DNA of 64,000 nt from Candidatus Multivoradales bacterium (GTDB taxonomy: Bacteria > Acidobacteriota > Thermoanaerobaculia > Multivoradales > J023). The notes beneath the pieces were generated by a model. That model did not search any database and was not told the DNA's origin. It saw only the letters and a list, made by a program, of their open reading frames with translations. Where the stretch lies: assembly GCA_965248925.1 (NCBI GenBank), contig CBDFLE010000006.1, positions 2,624,001-2,688,000 on the forward strand, read 5' to 3'. Positions 38,605 through 50,198 of the stretch are shown here, piece after piece (position 1 is the stretch's first letter; every line of letters starts with the position of its first letter). The position numbers and the translations under genes are program-made.

Positions 38605-39933
38605 TCAAACCGCCTGGCGCACCACGTCGCCCTTGGGTAAGCGGGTGAAGAGGAATTCTTCGAGGTCGCGACGGATGCTTTCGAGACGAATCTCGCTCAG
38701 CACCTCAGCGGCGAAAGCGTAGGTCAGCAGGCTGGTAGCCGCCGCCTCGCCTATACCCCGTGAACGCAGGTAGAAGACCGCCTCGTCGTCGAGTTGACCA
38801 ATCGTCGACCCGTGGGTGCAGCGCACGTCGTCGGCAAAAATCTCAAGCTGAGGATTGGAGAGCGCCTTGGCCCCCGGCGAGAGCAGCAGATTGCGGTTCG
38901 ACTGCTTGGCGTCGGTCTTCTGGGCGTCTTGGTGGACATAGATCCGTCCATTGAATACCGCCTTCGACTGGCCTTCGAGGATTCCCTTGTAAAGCTCGTA
39001 GCTGTTGCAGTTGGGTTTTGCATGATCGACCCGCATCTGGTTGTCGACGTGCTGTCTACCGCGGGTCAAATAGAGGCCGTTGAGGGTGCATTCGATACCC
39101 TCGGCGTCGAGCATTGCCAGGATGTCGTTGCGCACCAAGGCGCCGCCGTGGGAGATCGAATGGGAGAAGAAGTTGGCGTCGCGCTGCAAGTAGACCTTCT
39201 GGTACGCAACGTGGAAAGCGTCCACCGACTCCTGCTCGAGCTTGTAGTGATCCACCACTGAACGCGGTCCGCAGATGATCTCGGTCACCGGACAGGTGAA
39301 GTAGCGCTCGCCGGTGATGCCGCCATAGGTCTCGATCACCGTCAGCTGGCTGTTCTCTCCGGCAACCAGCAGATTGCGCGGATAACTCACCAGCTCAACA
39401 CCGCCGGTGGCGGAGAAGAAGAGGAGGTGGATCGGCCGCTCGACCACCACTCCCCGCGGCACGTCGATGAAGGCGCCGTCCGCCAGGAAGGCAGTGTTGA
39501 GCGCCGCGAAGGGGTGTTGGCTGAGATCTACCTGGCTGCCGAGGTGCGCGAAGACCCGCTGCGGGCACTCCTCCATCGCCTGCGCCAGACTGCCGGCGAA
39601 CACTCCTGCGGGCAACTGACCGAGCTGCGATAGCTCGCTCGACAGCCGGCCACCGACAAAAACCAATTCGATGCAATCAGGCACCAGGAAAGGCCCTAAC
39701 TGATCCCGGCTCAGCCCTCGGGTCTCGCCGTTGGCCAGGGAGAAGCGGCGGCGGGCGATCGGCGCCACGTTGGTGTTGAGCCACTCTTCCTGGCGCATGC
39801 GGGGAAATCCCTGGCGCTCGAACTGCACGAGCCCGAGATGACGCAGCTCGGCCAAGCGCGGTGAGGCCGGACTGGCGGCCAGGAAGGCAGCGTAGCCTTC
39901 AAGAACATGCGGGCATTCGGCAACTGCTGGCAT
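38605..39933 (-). CDS. sufD: Fe-S assembly protein SufD
   Basis: AVFNGRIYV, PQLEIFADDVRCTHGSTIG, FYLRSRGI. Confidence 0.95.
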   Translation of the reverse strand: MPAVAECPHVLEGYAAFLAASPASPRLAELRHLGLVQFERQGFPRMRQEEWLNTNVAPIARRRFSLANGETRGLSRDQLGPFLVPDCIELVFVGGRLSSELSQLGQLPAGVFAGSLAQAMEECPQRVFAHLGSQVDLSQHPFAALNTAFLADGAFIDVPRGVVVERPIHLLFFSATGGVELVSYPRNLLVAGENSQLTVIETYGGITGERYFTCPVTEIICGPRSVVDHYKLEQESVDAFHVAYQKVYLQRDANFFSHSISHGGALVRNDILAMLDAEGIECTLNGLYLTRGRQHVDNQMRVDHAKPNCNSYELYKGILEGQSKAVFNGRIYVHQDAQKTDAKQSNRNLLLSPGAKALSNPQLEIFADDVRCTHGSTIGQLDDEAVFYLRSRGIGEAAATSLLTYAFAAEVLSEIRLESIRRDLEEFLFTRLPKGDVVRQAV

Positions 39934-39942
39934 CGCGCTCTC

Positions 39943-40716
39943 CTAGACCGAGACCGCCGCGGTTTCCCGCGCGATCTCTTGCTCGAGCCAGGAATAGCCC
40001 TTTTCTTCGAGTTCCAACGCCAGCTCTTTGCCACCGGTGCTAACGATGCGACCGTCGAGCAACACATGGACAAAATCCGGCACGATGTAACTCAGCAAGC
40101 GCTGGTAGTGGGTGATGACAACGAAGGAGCGGTCCGCTGAGCGCATCTTGTTGACGCCGTCTGAGACGATCCGCAGGGCGTCGATATCGAGCCCCGAGTC
40201 GGTCTCGTCGAGCACTGCCAAGCTGGGTTCCAGAACCGCCATGTGGAAGATCTCGTTGCGCTTCTTCTCACCGCCCGAGAAACCATGGTTGACCGGCCGG
40301 TTGAGCAGCGTCTCGTCCATCTTGACCAGCTTCATTTTCGCTCGCGCCAGCTTGAGAAAGCTCAGCGCATCGACCTCGCTCTCGCCACGATGCTTGCGGG
40401 TGGCGTTGAGCGCCGCCTTCAAAAAGTAGGTATTGGACACGCCGGGGATCTCGACCGGGTACTGAAAGGCCATGAAGAGGCCCTCGCAAGCGCGAATCTC
40501 GGGCGCCATGTCGAGCAAGTTCTGGCCCTTGAACAGCACCTCGCCAGCGGTGACCTCATACTCTTCGCGGCCAGCCAACACCTGTGCCAAGGTGCTCTTA
40601 CCAGAACCGTTGGGGCCCATGATGGCGTGTACTTGGCCCTTGCCGATCTCAAGATCGACGCCTTTGAGAATCTGCTTGCCGTCGATTGCGGCCTGCAAGT
40701 TCTTGATCTTCAACAT
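39943..40716 (-). CDS. sufC: Fe-S assembly ATPase SufC
   Basis: GPNGSGKST, FQYPVEIPGV, FSGGEKKRNE, LDETDSGLD. Confidence 0.97.
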   Translation of the reverse strand: MLKIKNLQAAIDGKQILKGVDLEIGKGQVHAIMGPNGSGKSTLAQVLAGREEYEVTAGEVLFKGQNLLDMAPEIRACEGLFMAFQYPVEIPGVSNTYFLKAALNATRKHRGESEVDALSFLKLARAKMKLVKMDETLLNRPVNHGFSGGEKKRNEIFHMAVLEPSLAVLDETDSGLDIDALRIVSDGVNKMRSADRSFVVITHYQRLLSYIVPDFVHVLLDGRIVSTGGKELALELEEKGYSWLEQEIARETAAVSV

Positions 40717-40762
40717 CTCTGATCTATCTCCAAATTCTTGATCGTCGTGCGTCCGGGTCGGC

Positions 40763-42211
<1,449 letters not shown>

Positions 42212-42336
42212 CCGCTTATCTCCATCGGCGCTGGTTCCATTGGCACGGGTTCCATTGGCGCTGGCTAGCCGAGTTCTTGCTCGCTTCTAAACCGGTCAAA
42301 GGGGTCGGCGGGTTAGGAACAGGTGGCCGCATGGCC

Positions 42337-42792
42337 CTACTGCTCCGTCGCGGTGTCACCACCACCGAGCATTACCAACTGCGGTTGTAGCGGCAGAGCG
42401 AGCATCTCGAGTGAGACTCTCTCAAGAGCATCACGAAGACTGTCGTTGATCATCTGCCAGTTGGCCCGCAGCAGACAGACCGCTTCTTGGCTGCACTCGC
42501 CCGGAGAATCCTCGATGCACTCGGTAAAAGCAATCGGGCCTTCCAGAGCCGAGATCATCGCCGCTACTGAGATCTTGTCTGCCGAGCGCGCCAGGGCGTA
42601 ACCACCGTGCGCCCCTCGATGGGAGATCAGCAGCCCTTCACGAACCAACAGTCTCAAGGTCTTGCTGATCATCGGCAGGGGAATCTGGGTTTCTGACGCC
42701 AACTCAGGAGCGGTCAGTCGCCGATCCCCATCCCGCGCCAGATGGGTCATCAAGACGATGCCGTAGTCAGCTTGTTTAGTCAGGCGGAACAT
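42337..42792 (-). CDS. Rrf2-family SUF operon regulator
   Basis: MFRLTKQADYG, SHRGAHGGYAL, three Cys in TECIEDSPGECSQEAVC. Confidence 0.92.
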   Translation of the reverse strand: MFRLTKQADYGIVLMTHLARDGDRRLTAPELASETQIPLPMISKTLRLLVREGLLISHRGAHGGYALARSADKISVAAMISALEGPIAFTECIEDSPGECSQEAVCLLRANWQMINDSLRDALERVSLEMLALPLQPQLVMLGGGDTATEQ

Positions 42793-42932
42793 CTTAAGCC
42801 CAGAAACCTCAGATCTAAGATACAGGCCAGCCGTTAGTCAGGCCGGCCAGGCGCTGGGTCACAGCCGGCTTGCTGCTTAGACGCTGAATCGTTACTAGTG
42901 AATCGGGAGCAGTTGCAAACCACTTTCAAATC

Positions 42933-42988
42933 AATCTAGACCATTTTAGTCTTGTATTTGATCTTAGCAGCTGCTTCGCCGCTGTCAA
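42933..42988 (-). promoter_or_regulatory. SUF operon promoter and Rrf2/IscR-like operator
   Basis: Minus strand TTGACA-N16-TAAGAT with TG extension (42988-42961), then ATACAAGACTAAAATGGTCTAGATT (42957-42933), which resembles the IscR type-1 box. Confidence 0.7.
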
Positions 42989-43065
42989 GAGACTTCACTG
43001 CCTAGCAGCGGCATCGCCAGGCGGCACCGCAGTCAAGGTCAGTCAAGTACCGGCGCCGGGGGCGG

Positions 43066-44160
43066 CTAGCCTAGCGTCTGAGGGACCTTGGGATTCGCCC
43101 CCAGCAACGCTGCCACCCAGCGAAAGTCGCGAGTGTTTTCGAGGATGATCTTGAGCACCATGGTCAGCGGGACTGACAACAGCATACCTAGGGGACCCCA
43201 CACCCAACCCCAGAAAAGTAACGAGAGAAAGACCACCAGAGCCGACAAGCCGAATTTTCGGCCCATCAGCTGCGGTTCAGCGAAATTGCCGATCAGCACG
43301 TTGACCACCAAGTATCCCAAGCCAACCAAGAGGGCCCGGCCGACGCCGAGTTCGACCAGGGCGATCAGCACCGCAGGTACCGCCGCGATGATCGATCCCA
43401 GGGTAGGAATGAAATTGAGCAGGAAAGCCACCAGGCCCCAGAGCAGGGGGAAGTCGACTCCGAGCAGCCAAACCCAGGCCGTGACCAAGGTGGCGGTGAC
43501 CAGGCTCACCAATGTCTTGATACGGAGATAGCGCTGGATCTCTTGGCGGGCGTTGGAGAGGCGGCTCAGATAGTCCTTCTTGATTCCGAAAGCTCGCTCC
43601 AGCTTGCGCGGCAGACCGGCAGCCTCGAAGAGCATGAATACCAGCAGCAGCAGCACCAGCATCGACTTGGTGAACAAGAAAGCGATGCCGCGAATCAGCG
43701 TTGCCACCCGGCCGACGACTATGTTGGTTGCCTGATCGACCAGCGCCGAGGTGTCGACGCCGAGTTCTTCGAGCTTGCCCGTATCAAGACCGTGGTCCTC
43801 GAACCACTCGACAGCTTCGGTGGTACGAACTCGCAGCTGCTGGCGATACTTCGGCAAGGCCTCGGTAAAGGCGTTCATCGAGCCGCCCACCGGCAACACG
43901 AAAGCCATCAGAATAGCAACGTTGGCCAACACCGCTAACAGCACCGCGAGCGGTCGGGGAACTCGCTTGCGAAGCAACCAGGAGAGCAAAGGCGAACTGA
44001 GAATGGCGAGAAAGAGAGCTACCAGCATGGGGAGCAGTAGATTGCCAGCATCCTTGAGACCGGCAATGATCACCACCAAGCCTGCCGCACTAACCAGAAA
44101 CCGGGCGCCTGGGGCTTGGTTTTTCCTGGACGCTGCGGGGGAAAGCTGCTCAGAGGACAT
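43066..44160 (-). CDS. AI-2E family transporter
   Basis: Multi-TM; LLNFIPTLGS, NFAEPQLMG, WGWVWGPLGMLLSVPLT. Confidence 0.92.
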   Translation of the reverse strand: MSSEQLSPAASRKNQAPGARFLVSAAGLVVIIAGLKDAGNLLLPMLVALFLAILSSPLLSWLLRKRVPRPLAVLLAVLANVAILMAFVLPVGGSMNAFTEALPKYRQQLRVRTTEAVEWFEDHGLDTGKLEELGVDTSALVDQATNIVVGRVATLIRGIAFLFTKSMLVLLLLVFMLFEAAGLPRKLERAFGIKKDYLSRLSNARQEIQRYLRIKTLVSLVTATLVTAWVWLLGVDFPLLWGLVAFLLNFIPTLGSIIAAVPAVLIALVELGVGRALLVGLGYLVVNVLIGNFAEPQLMGRKFGLSALVVFLSLLFWGWVWGPLGMLLSVPLTMVLKIILENTRDFRWVAALLGANPKVPQTLG

Positions 44161-44299
44161 CGATGCTCATCTTACTCCCTTGCCACGAGTCACGCCGGGT
44201 GGCTTTGCAGCCTCCTCCTGCGGGGATCCGGATCATTGCACCGCAGCTCTCCCCCTTCCCTACCGACCTCTCGATGAGCGAGGCCGTGAGACCTAGGAA

Positions 44300-44632
44300 T
44301 CAGGCTCCCGCCATCTCCTTGAGGCCCTTGAGGATCCTTGCCTTGACGACCCGGCGTGCTGGTTTGGCGGCGATCATGATGTCCTCGCCGGTGAACGGGT
44401 TGCGACCCGGGCGCGCCTTGGTGGCCGGTTTCCTAGTGACCGTCAACTTGAGCAGGCCGGGCAAAGTGAAGACACCAGCGCTGCGCGACTTCAGGTGGCG
44501 TAGCATGAGGTCGGACAACGACTGGAACACGGCGACGATTTCCTTGCGGCTTAGGCCGGTGTCCTCAGCAATGGAAGCGAACAGCTGGGCTTTGGTGTAG
44601 GGGTCACGAATAGCGGTTGTCTTCTTAGACAT
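44300..44632 (-). CDS. HU-family DNA-binding protein
   Basis: TKAQLFASIAE, FTLPGLLKL, RPGRNPFTGE. Confidence 0.9.
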   Translation of the reverse strand: MSKKTTAIRDPYTKAQLFASIAEDTGLSRKEIVAVFQSLSDLMLRHLKSRSAGVFTLPGLLKLTVTRKPATKARPGRNPFTGEDIMIAAKPARRVVKARILKGLKEMAGA

Positions 44633-44856
44633 GGTTCTCTCCAGTTTGGTTGCAACGGTCTTCTTATGTCTGCGGTTTCGCGGCCTGGCCGGTGACGATC
44701 TGCTTGAGCTGTTGGCGGCGCACCAACAATCCGTCCGGGAAATAGCGCTCTAGTTCTGACTTCAACCTCGCCGTTTTGGGGGTTCAGCCATGCCTGCCGT
44801 CGGGTGTCGGCCGAGGTTAGCCGGCGGGCCCGCAGGTTGCAAGAGGACCCAGCCAA

Positions 44857-46173
44857 TCAACAGAGCTTTGGGTTGGATGTCCAGCTCTGTTCGCGAATCT
44901 CCCGCAGTAGGCCAACACTGACCGCGTCTTGCTCGACTGCTTGAAATAGTACCAGCAAGGAGCTCAGAGCCTTGCGGTGAACCTCCCTCGCTTGCAGGAT
45001 CGGTCCCAGCACTCGCACCAAGCGGCGCAGCTCCTGACGACGCCCTTGTTCGGCGTAGATCAGCGCCAGGTCAATGCCGAGAATGGCGCCGTCGTTCCAC
45101 AAGCGCTGAGGGAGCAAGGATTCGAGGGTGGCTTCGAGCAAGGTCTCGGCCCGCGCTAAATCGCCAGCGGCATGGTGTAGTCGGCCTTCGAGCCAACGTA
45201 GCCTGATGATCGCCACCTGGGCGTCCAAACCCTCGGCAATGCGGGTCGCGGCAACCCATTGCTGCCAGGCTTCGTCGAGTCGGCCAAGCTGACAATAGCA
45301 ATGGGCCAGATTGGAGCGCGCCGCCAACGTCTGCTCACCATCGCCACAACCTTCCAACTGCCCGAGCGCGGCCTCGAAGTCGGCGCTGGCGGCCAACATC
45401 TCGCCTTGCTCGAAGTGCAACATGCCGCGGCTGATCAACACTCGGGACAGCTGCTCGGTGGCTCCCGCCAGACGGTAGATTAGGATCGCTTCGTCGAGTC
45501 GCCTGGCGGCGTCTTTCATCGCTTGCCGATCTCGGTCCAACGAGGCCCACTGAGCCTCTACTTCAGCCCGAGCCAGCAAACAACCGCTACCGGCTTGCAA
45601 GTAGCGCTGGGCGCGATCGAAAGCGCGCTGGGAATCGGCTCGGGATTCTTTCTTGACGTTGCCGTTGGCGACTTCGTCGAGCGACAGCATCTTCATACAG
45701 CGATGGGTCAAGCTGTAGATGCTGGACACTTCGCGGCCCAGCAGCTGCGCGACCTCGGCGGCCCTAAAGCCATCGAAGAAGCGCAAACGCAACAGACGTT
45801 GGCACTTGGCCGGTAGTTTGGCCAACTGGCGTTCGATGTCGCTTTTTTCTACCCAGCGGTCTTCCGGGGACGGAATCTGGGGGTTGGAGCCGGCAGCAGT
45901 TTCAGCATCAATCTGTGCCTCGGGGTGACGGCGGCGGCGGCAGTACATCAGGCGTTGATTGACCAGCGTGCGGATCATCCAACCTTCCGGCTCAGCCATT
46001 CGCTCCCAACTGCGCAAGGTGGAGATCACCGTCGTCTGGATCAGATCTTCAGCATACTGTGCTGGCACCCCATATCTCGCCAGAATCTGTTTGAGACGAG
46101 GTTGCAGGCGCCGCACCAACGCTTCGATGGACTCCTCTTCACGGCAGGCGGCAAGATCAGACATGTCAGGCAT
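44857..46173 (-). CDS. ECF sigma factor fused to a TPR domain
   Basis: Region 2 AEDLIQT...WMIRTLVN; region 4 LPAKCQRLLRLRFFDGFRAAEVAQLLG; C-terminal TPR-like helices (NLAHCYCQLGRLDEA, DLALIYAEQGR). Confidence 0.75.
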   Translation of the reverse strand: MPDMSDLAACREEESIEALVRRLQPRLKQILARYGVPAQYAEDLIQTTVISTLRSWERMAEPEGWMIRTLVNQRLMYCRRRRHPEAQIDAETAAGSNPQIPSPEDRWVEKSDIERQLAKLPAKCQRLLRLRFFDGFRAAEVAQLLGREVSSIYSLTHRCMKMLSLDEVANGNVKKESRADSQRAFDRAQRYLQAGSGCLLARAEVEAQWASLDRDRQAMKDAARRLDEAILIYRLAGATEQLSRVLISRGMLHFEQGEMLAASADFEAALGQLEGCGDGEQTLAARSNLAHCYCQLGRLDEAWQQWVAATRIAEGLDAQVAIIRLRWLEGRLHHAAGDLARAETLLEATLESLLPQRLWNDGAILGIDLALIYAEQGRRQELRRLVRVLGPILQAREVHRKALSSLLVLFQAVEQDAVSVGLLREIREQSWTSNPKLC

Positions 46174-46662
46174 AGCGTACAATAATATCTGTCCCAACTA
46201 ACGCAGCAGCCCACCTGCCCGACCTTGAACCGGCCGTGCCCGCGGCCCCCTTACATCCCAAAAAGCCTCATCTCGATGAAGCGAGGTGATCGCCCCCGAG
46301 GACACCCCAAGGATCGATCAGCGGACCTTGCCGGTCGATCCCGCAATGCGCCGAAGAGAGTTTTTGTACACACATGACAGCTCCTTGGTCATCAACCGAC
46401 CCGAGCAGATCCTTGCGCGGTCTGTCCGCGCCCCCCGAGCGGCCCTTAGGGCCTCTCGACAACTAGGTGCGGCGAGTCGCCTCTGTTGCGGCATTGGCAG
46501 CGAGATTTCTCACCGTTTTTCCACCCGCGTTGAGAGCGACCACGGCCGAGGTCCCAGAGATCGCTTGCACAGCTGTCTAAAGAGTGCTGCAATGATCCGT
46601 ATCAATCTTCGAACGCCGTTGGGACGACTAGTAGCTGCTTTCTCAAGGAGGACAGGAGAGTC

Positions 46663-48081
46663 ATGGGCGAGGCCAAGATCAGCTTCTTCGAGCAGGTCAA
46701 CAGCAACTTCGACAGAGCTGCCAGCCTGACCGGCCACGATGACGCTTTGCTCGAGCAGATCAAGCAATGCAACAGCGTTTACCACATGAGTTTCCCGCTC
46801 AAACTGGACAACGGTTCGATCGAAGTGGTGCACGCTTGGAGGGCAGAGCACAGCCACCACAAGACGCCTACCAAGGGCGGTTTCCGCTATAGCGCGCAAG
46901 TCAACGAGGATGAGGTGATGGCGCTAGCAGCGCTGATGACCTACAAGTGCGCGATCGTCAACGTACCGTTTGGCGGCGCCAAGGGTGGGGTGAGAATCTC
47001 GCGGCGAGACTACTCCGTCGGCGAACTCGAACGGGTCACCCGGCGCTACACCTACGAGTTAACCCAGAAGAACTTCATCGGCCCGGGCATTGACGTGCCG
47101 GCGCCAGACTACGGCACCGGTCCGCGGGAGATGTCGTGGATGAGCGACACTTACCGCGCGCTCACCGCCAACGATATCGACGCCCTGGCTTGCGTCACCG
47201 GCAAACCGATCGCTCAAGGCGGAGTTCGAGGTCGCACCGAGGCCACTGGGCGCGGCGTTTTTTTCGGCATTCGCGAGACCTGTGAAATCGCAGAAGATAT
47301 GAAGGCTCTTGGCCTGACGGCCGGCCTGGATGGCAAGACGGTGGTGTTGCAGGGTTTCGGCAACGTCGGCTATCACGCCGCCAAATACTTGCAGCGGGCC
47401 GGCGCTCGGATCATCGCCATCGCCGAATACGACGGCGCGATCCTCCACCGCGACGGTATCGACATCGAACTTCTGCAAGAACATCGCCAAGAACACCGCA
47501 CGATCACCACCTACCCTGGCGTCGAGCGTTTGGCCCATAGCCATGACGCCCTGTTCTTGGACTGCGACATCTTGGTTCCGGCGGCGCTTGAGAACCAGAT
47601 CACGGCCGAAAATGCAGCTCTGGTGCAGGCCAAGATCATCGCCGAGGCGGCCAACGGGCCGCTGACCGCGGCCGCCAGCCAGAGCTTGGCGGAGCGTGGC
47701 GTGTTGGTGATTCCGGACACCTTCCTCAACGCTGGCGGCGTGGTGGTGTCTTACTTCGAGTGGGTCAAGAACCTGGCCCATGTACGTTTTGGGCGGCTGC
47801 AGAAGCGCTGGCAGAGCCAGGCCTACCGGGGTCTATTGGGGGCGGTTCAAGATATGACTGGCCAGCGTTTCCCCAGCGAAGTGGTCGAAGCTTTCGTTGG
47901 CGGTCCCGACGAGATCGACTTGGTCAACTCGGGCTTGGAAGAAACCATGGTCGGCGCCTTTCAAGAGATCCGCGGCGTGCGCCAGAAACACGGTGACCAA
48001 ATCGACCTGCGCACCGCGGCTTTCGCCAGCGCCATCGACAAGATCGTCATCAGCTACGAGGATTTGGGGATCTTTCCCTGA
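46663..48081 (+). CDS. gdhA: Glutamate (Glu/Leu/Phe/Val) dehydrogenase
   Basis: KGGFRY, MTYKCA, FGGAKGG, DVPAPD, QGFGNVG, EAANGP, SYFEW. Confidence 0.92.
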   Translation: MGEAKISFFEQVNSNFDRAASLTGHDDALLEQIKQCNSVYHMSFPLKLDNGSIEVVHAWRAEHSHHKTPTKGGFRYSAQVNEDEVMALAALMTYKCAIVNVPFGGAKGGVRISRRDYSVGELERVTRRYTYELTQKNFIGPGIDVPAPDYGTGPREMSWMSDTYRALTANDIDALACVTGKPIAQGGVRGRTEATGRGVFFGIRETCEIAEDMKALGLTAGLDGKTVVLQGFGNVGYHAAKYLQRAGARIIAIAEYDGAILHRDGIDIELLQEHRQEHRTITTYPGVERLAHSHDALFLDCDILVPAALENQITAENAALVQAKIIAEAANGPLTAAASQSLAERGVLVIPDTFLNAGGVVVSYFEWVKNLAHVRFGRLQKRWQSQAYRGLLGAVQDMTGQRFPSEVVEAFVGGPDEIDLVNSGLEETMVGAFQEIRGVRQKHGDQIDLRTAAFASAIDKIVISYEDLGIFP

Positions 48082-48198
48082 GGCACCGCGAAGCAAAACC
48101 TTCCGCGAACCAGGTCCGCTCAGGCGCGGCGCAACGCTGCGAGAGGCGATGCATGAGTGGCCGAATAGCGGCAGTTGCTCCTGCGCCAGCTCCCAGCG

Positions 48199-48507
48199 TC
48201 AATCAAAATCCCAGGGGCGCGGCGGCGGTTCGGCATCTGGTTCTTTCTCCGCTCGCTTGAGCGCCTCGCTAAATTTTTCTTCCATCAGCCGGTCGCTGTC
48301 TTCGAGGGCGGTCATCTCGCGCTTGAAAACATCGCCGGCCCGATCTTTGGCAGCATCGACATCCGCTAGCAGGTCATCGAAGCTGTGCCCACCGACGATC
48401 GGTTTCGGCGCTTCCTGGTGCAGCAAAACTTGACCGCTGGCCACGTCAATGACCAACTCGCCACGACAGATCGGGCATTCGACTTTGAGGGATTCTGCGT
48501 CACTCAC
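48199..48507 (-). CDS. Conserved hypothetical protein with a CxxC ribbon and coiled coil
   Basis: VECPICRGELVID...; C-terminus PPPRPWDFD. Confidence 0.7.
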   Translation of the reverse strand: MSDAESLKVECPICRGELVIDVASGQVLLHQEAPKPIVGGHSFDDLLADVDAAKDRAGDVFKREMTALEDSDRLMEEKFSEALKRAEKEPDAEPPPRPWDFD

Positions 48508-48650
48508 AGCCCTAGTCTATTCGTTTCCGGCTCCAGCTTCACCTCCCCTTCTTGGCCGACATTCGCTCGTGGTCGCTGGGCGGTCCCTCGATCGAATCTA
48601 AATAATTGCAAAAAAAGACCGTTCCGGCCACCGCGGCGAAACCCCTCACC

Positions 48651-48679
48651 TTGACAGGAACCCAGCGCTCAGTTAGAAA
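48651..48679 (+). promoter_or_regulatory. Putative sigma70 promoter
   Basis: TTGACA-N17-TAGAAA, about 190 nt upstream of the binding-protein gene. Confidence 0.5.
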
Positions 48680-48872
48680 TGGGGATGTTTTCCCGTAACT
48701 TCCGAATGTTCGGCTAGAACCTGAAGCTGGACTGCCGTGTTGGAACTTTTCCACCGAGTCCTAGGTCCAAGCTAAGAGTCGATCCCGACGTCCGGATCGC
48801 CCGGAACCCGCGGTGACCCACTGCTTCTCCGTGCGAGCGGTTTCACGCTGGTTTCAAACTGAGGTAGGCCCC

Positions 48873-50090
48873 ATGAAACGACTGACGGCAGGTACCCTCT
48901 CCCTGCTGATTCTCTGCGCTCTAGCTCTGTTCGCCACCGGCTGTGGCGACAAGGTCGCCAAGGTCGGCGCCGTACTTCCGCTGACCGGCGTCGCCAAGAG
49001 TTACGGCACGTCGATCAACAACGGTCTCATGATTGCCCTCGAGCAGCTCCGGGCTGACGAAAACTTCGCCCACGAGCTAGATTGGGTAGTGGTCGACTCG
49101 CAGAGCGACCCGAAGATTGCCAAGGAGCAACTTGAGCAGCTCTTCAAGGATGGTGCCGTCGCAGTCATTGGCGGCTGTACCTCCGCCGAGGCCAAAGAAA
49201 TGGTGCCAGTGGCCGAGGGCTACAATCGTCTCTTGCTCTCTCCCTCGGCATCGAGCCCGGACCTCACTGGGGTGTCGGAGAACTTCTATCGGGTGAGCCC
49301 GTCGGACTATCTCGAAGCCAACAAGATGGCCGACTTCGCCGCTCGTCAGCTACAGATCAAGAGCGTCGTTCTTTTCGCGGAAGAGAATCTCGAGTACGCC
49401 AAGGGCATCCAAGTCTTGCTCAAGGAGCAATTCGAGCTTTTCGAGGTCGAGATCCTCGAAGTCATCGAATACCCGGAGAGAACCACCGATTTCTCAGGCT
49501 TGGTGGAACGGGCGGTCACCCTGAAACCCGACGGGATCTACCTGGCGGCCTATGCCGAAGGTATTAGCTCGATGGTTCAAGAGTTGAGCATGGCGGGCTA
49601 CAAGGGCAAGATCCTCACCACCCAGGCCTTCGCCGATCCGCAGGTGATCCAATCGACAGGCGCTGCCGCTGAAGGCGTTTTGTTGACCAAGACGGTGTTC
49701 GAAATTGACAGCGAGTACGCCCACATCAAGACCTTCGTCACCGCCTATCGGGAGAAGTTTGGTGCTGATCCAAACATTTGGGCCGCCTACGGCTACGACT
49801 CACTGCGGGTGGTGGCCGAATCGATGCGCGGTCGTTCAGCTGATGCTTTCGAGCTGCTTAAGGGCATTCGCGCGATCAAGGACTTCCCGGGTGTAGTCGG
49901 CAGCATCCAATTCGACGAACGCGGTGATGTGAAGATCTTCCCTCGGGTATACGTCATCAAGGGCGATCTCGGGCTGTACAGCTTCGACGAGGAGTTCAAG
50001 CGTCAACAGGACGAACTCAAGCAACGCAAGGAGGAGCTGCGCAAGCGTCTCGAGGCCCTACAGCGGGAAGCTCGTCAACTCGGGGGCTGA
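48873..50090 (+). CDS. LivJ/LivK-type periplasmic binding lipoprotein (orphan)
   Basis: Lipobox ATGC; KVGAVLPLTG, AAYGYD, GSIQFDERGD; C-terminal coiled coil. Confidence 0.85.
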   Translation: MKRLTAGTLSLLILCALALFATGCGDKVAKVGAVLPLTGVAKSYGTSINNGLMIALEQLRADENFAHELDWVVVDSQSDPKIAKEQLEQLFKDGAVAVIGGCTSAEAKEMVPVAEGYNRLLLSPSASSPDLTGVSENFYRVSPSDYLEANKMADFAARQLQIKSVVLFAEENLEYAKGIQVLLKEQFELFEVEILEVIEYPERTTDFSGLVERAVTLKPDGIYLAAYAEGISSMVQELSMAGYKGKILTTQAFADPQVIQSTGAAAEGVLLTKTVFEIDSEYAHIKTFVTAYREKFGADPNIWAAYGYDSLRVVAESMRGRSADAFELLKGIRAIKDFPGVVGSIQFDERGDVKIFPRVYVIKGDLGLYSFDEEFKRQQDELKQRKEELRKRLEALQREARQLGG

Positions 50091-50126
50091 GCGGCGACGA
50101 ATTTTTGAGTTTCCAGGAACTGCTGA

Positions 50127-50158
50127 CAAGAGGGGTGAGGTAGATCTCACCCCTCTTG
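50127..50158. terminator. 13-bp stem-loop (terminator or processing hairpin)
   Basis: CAAGAGGGGTGAG-gtagat-CTCACCCCTCTTG; U-tail is weak. Confidence 0.6.
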
Positions 50159-50198
50159 CTGTCTACCTCCACCGAGCCCCTCACCCTGATCCACCGAG

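Noticed and set aside
48680-48872. Riboswitch in the long leader of the binding-protein gene
   Set aside because: No aptamer consensus recognised by eye; an Rfam search would be needed
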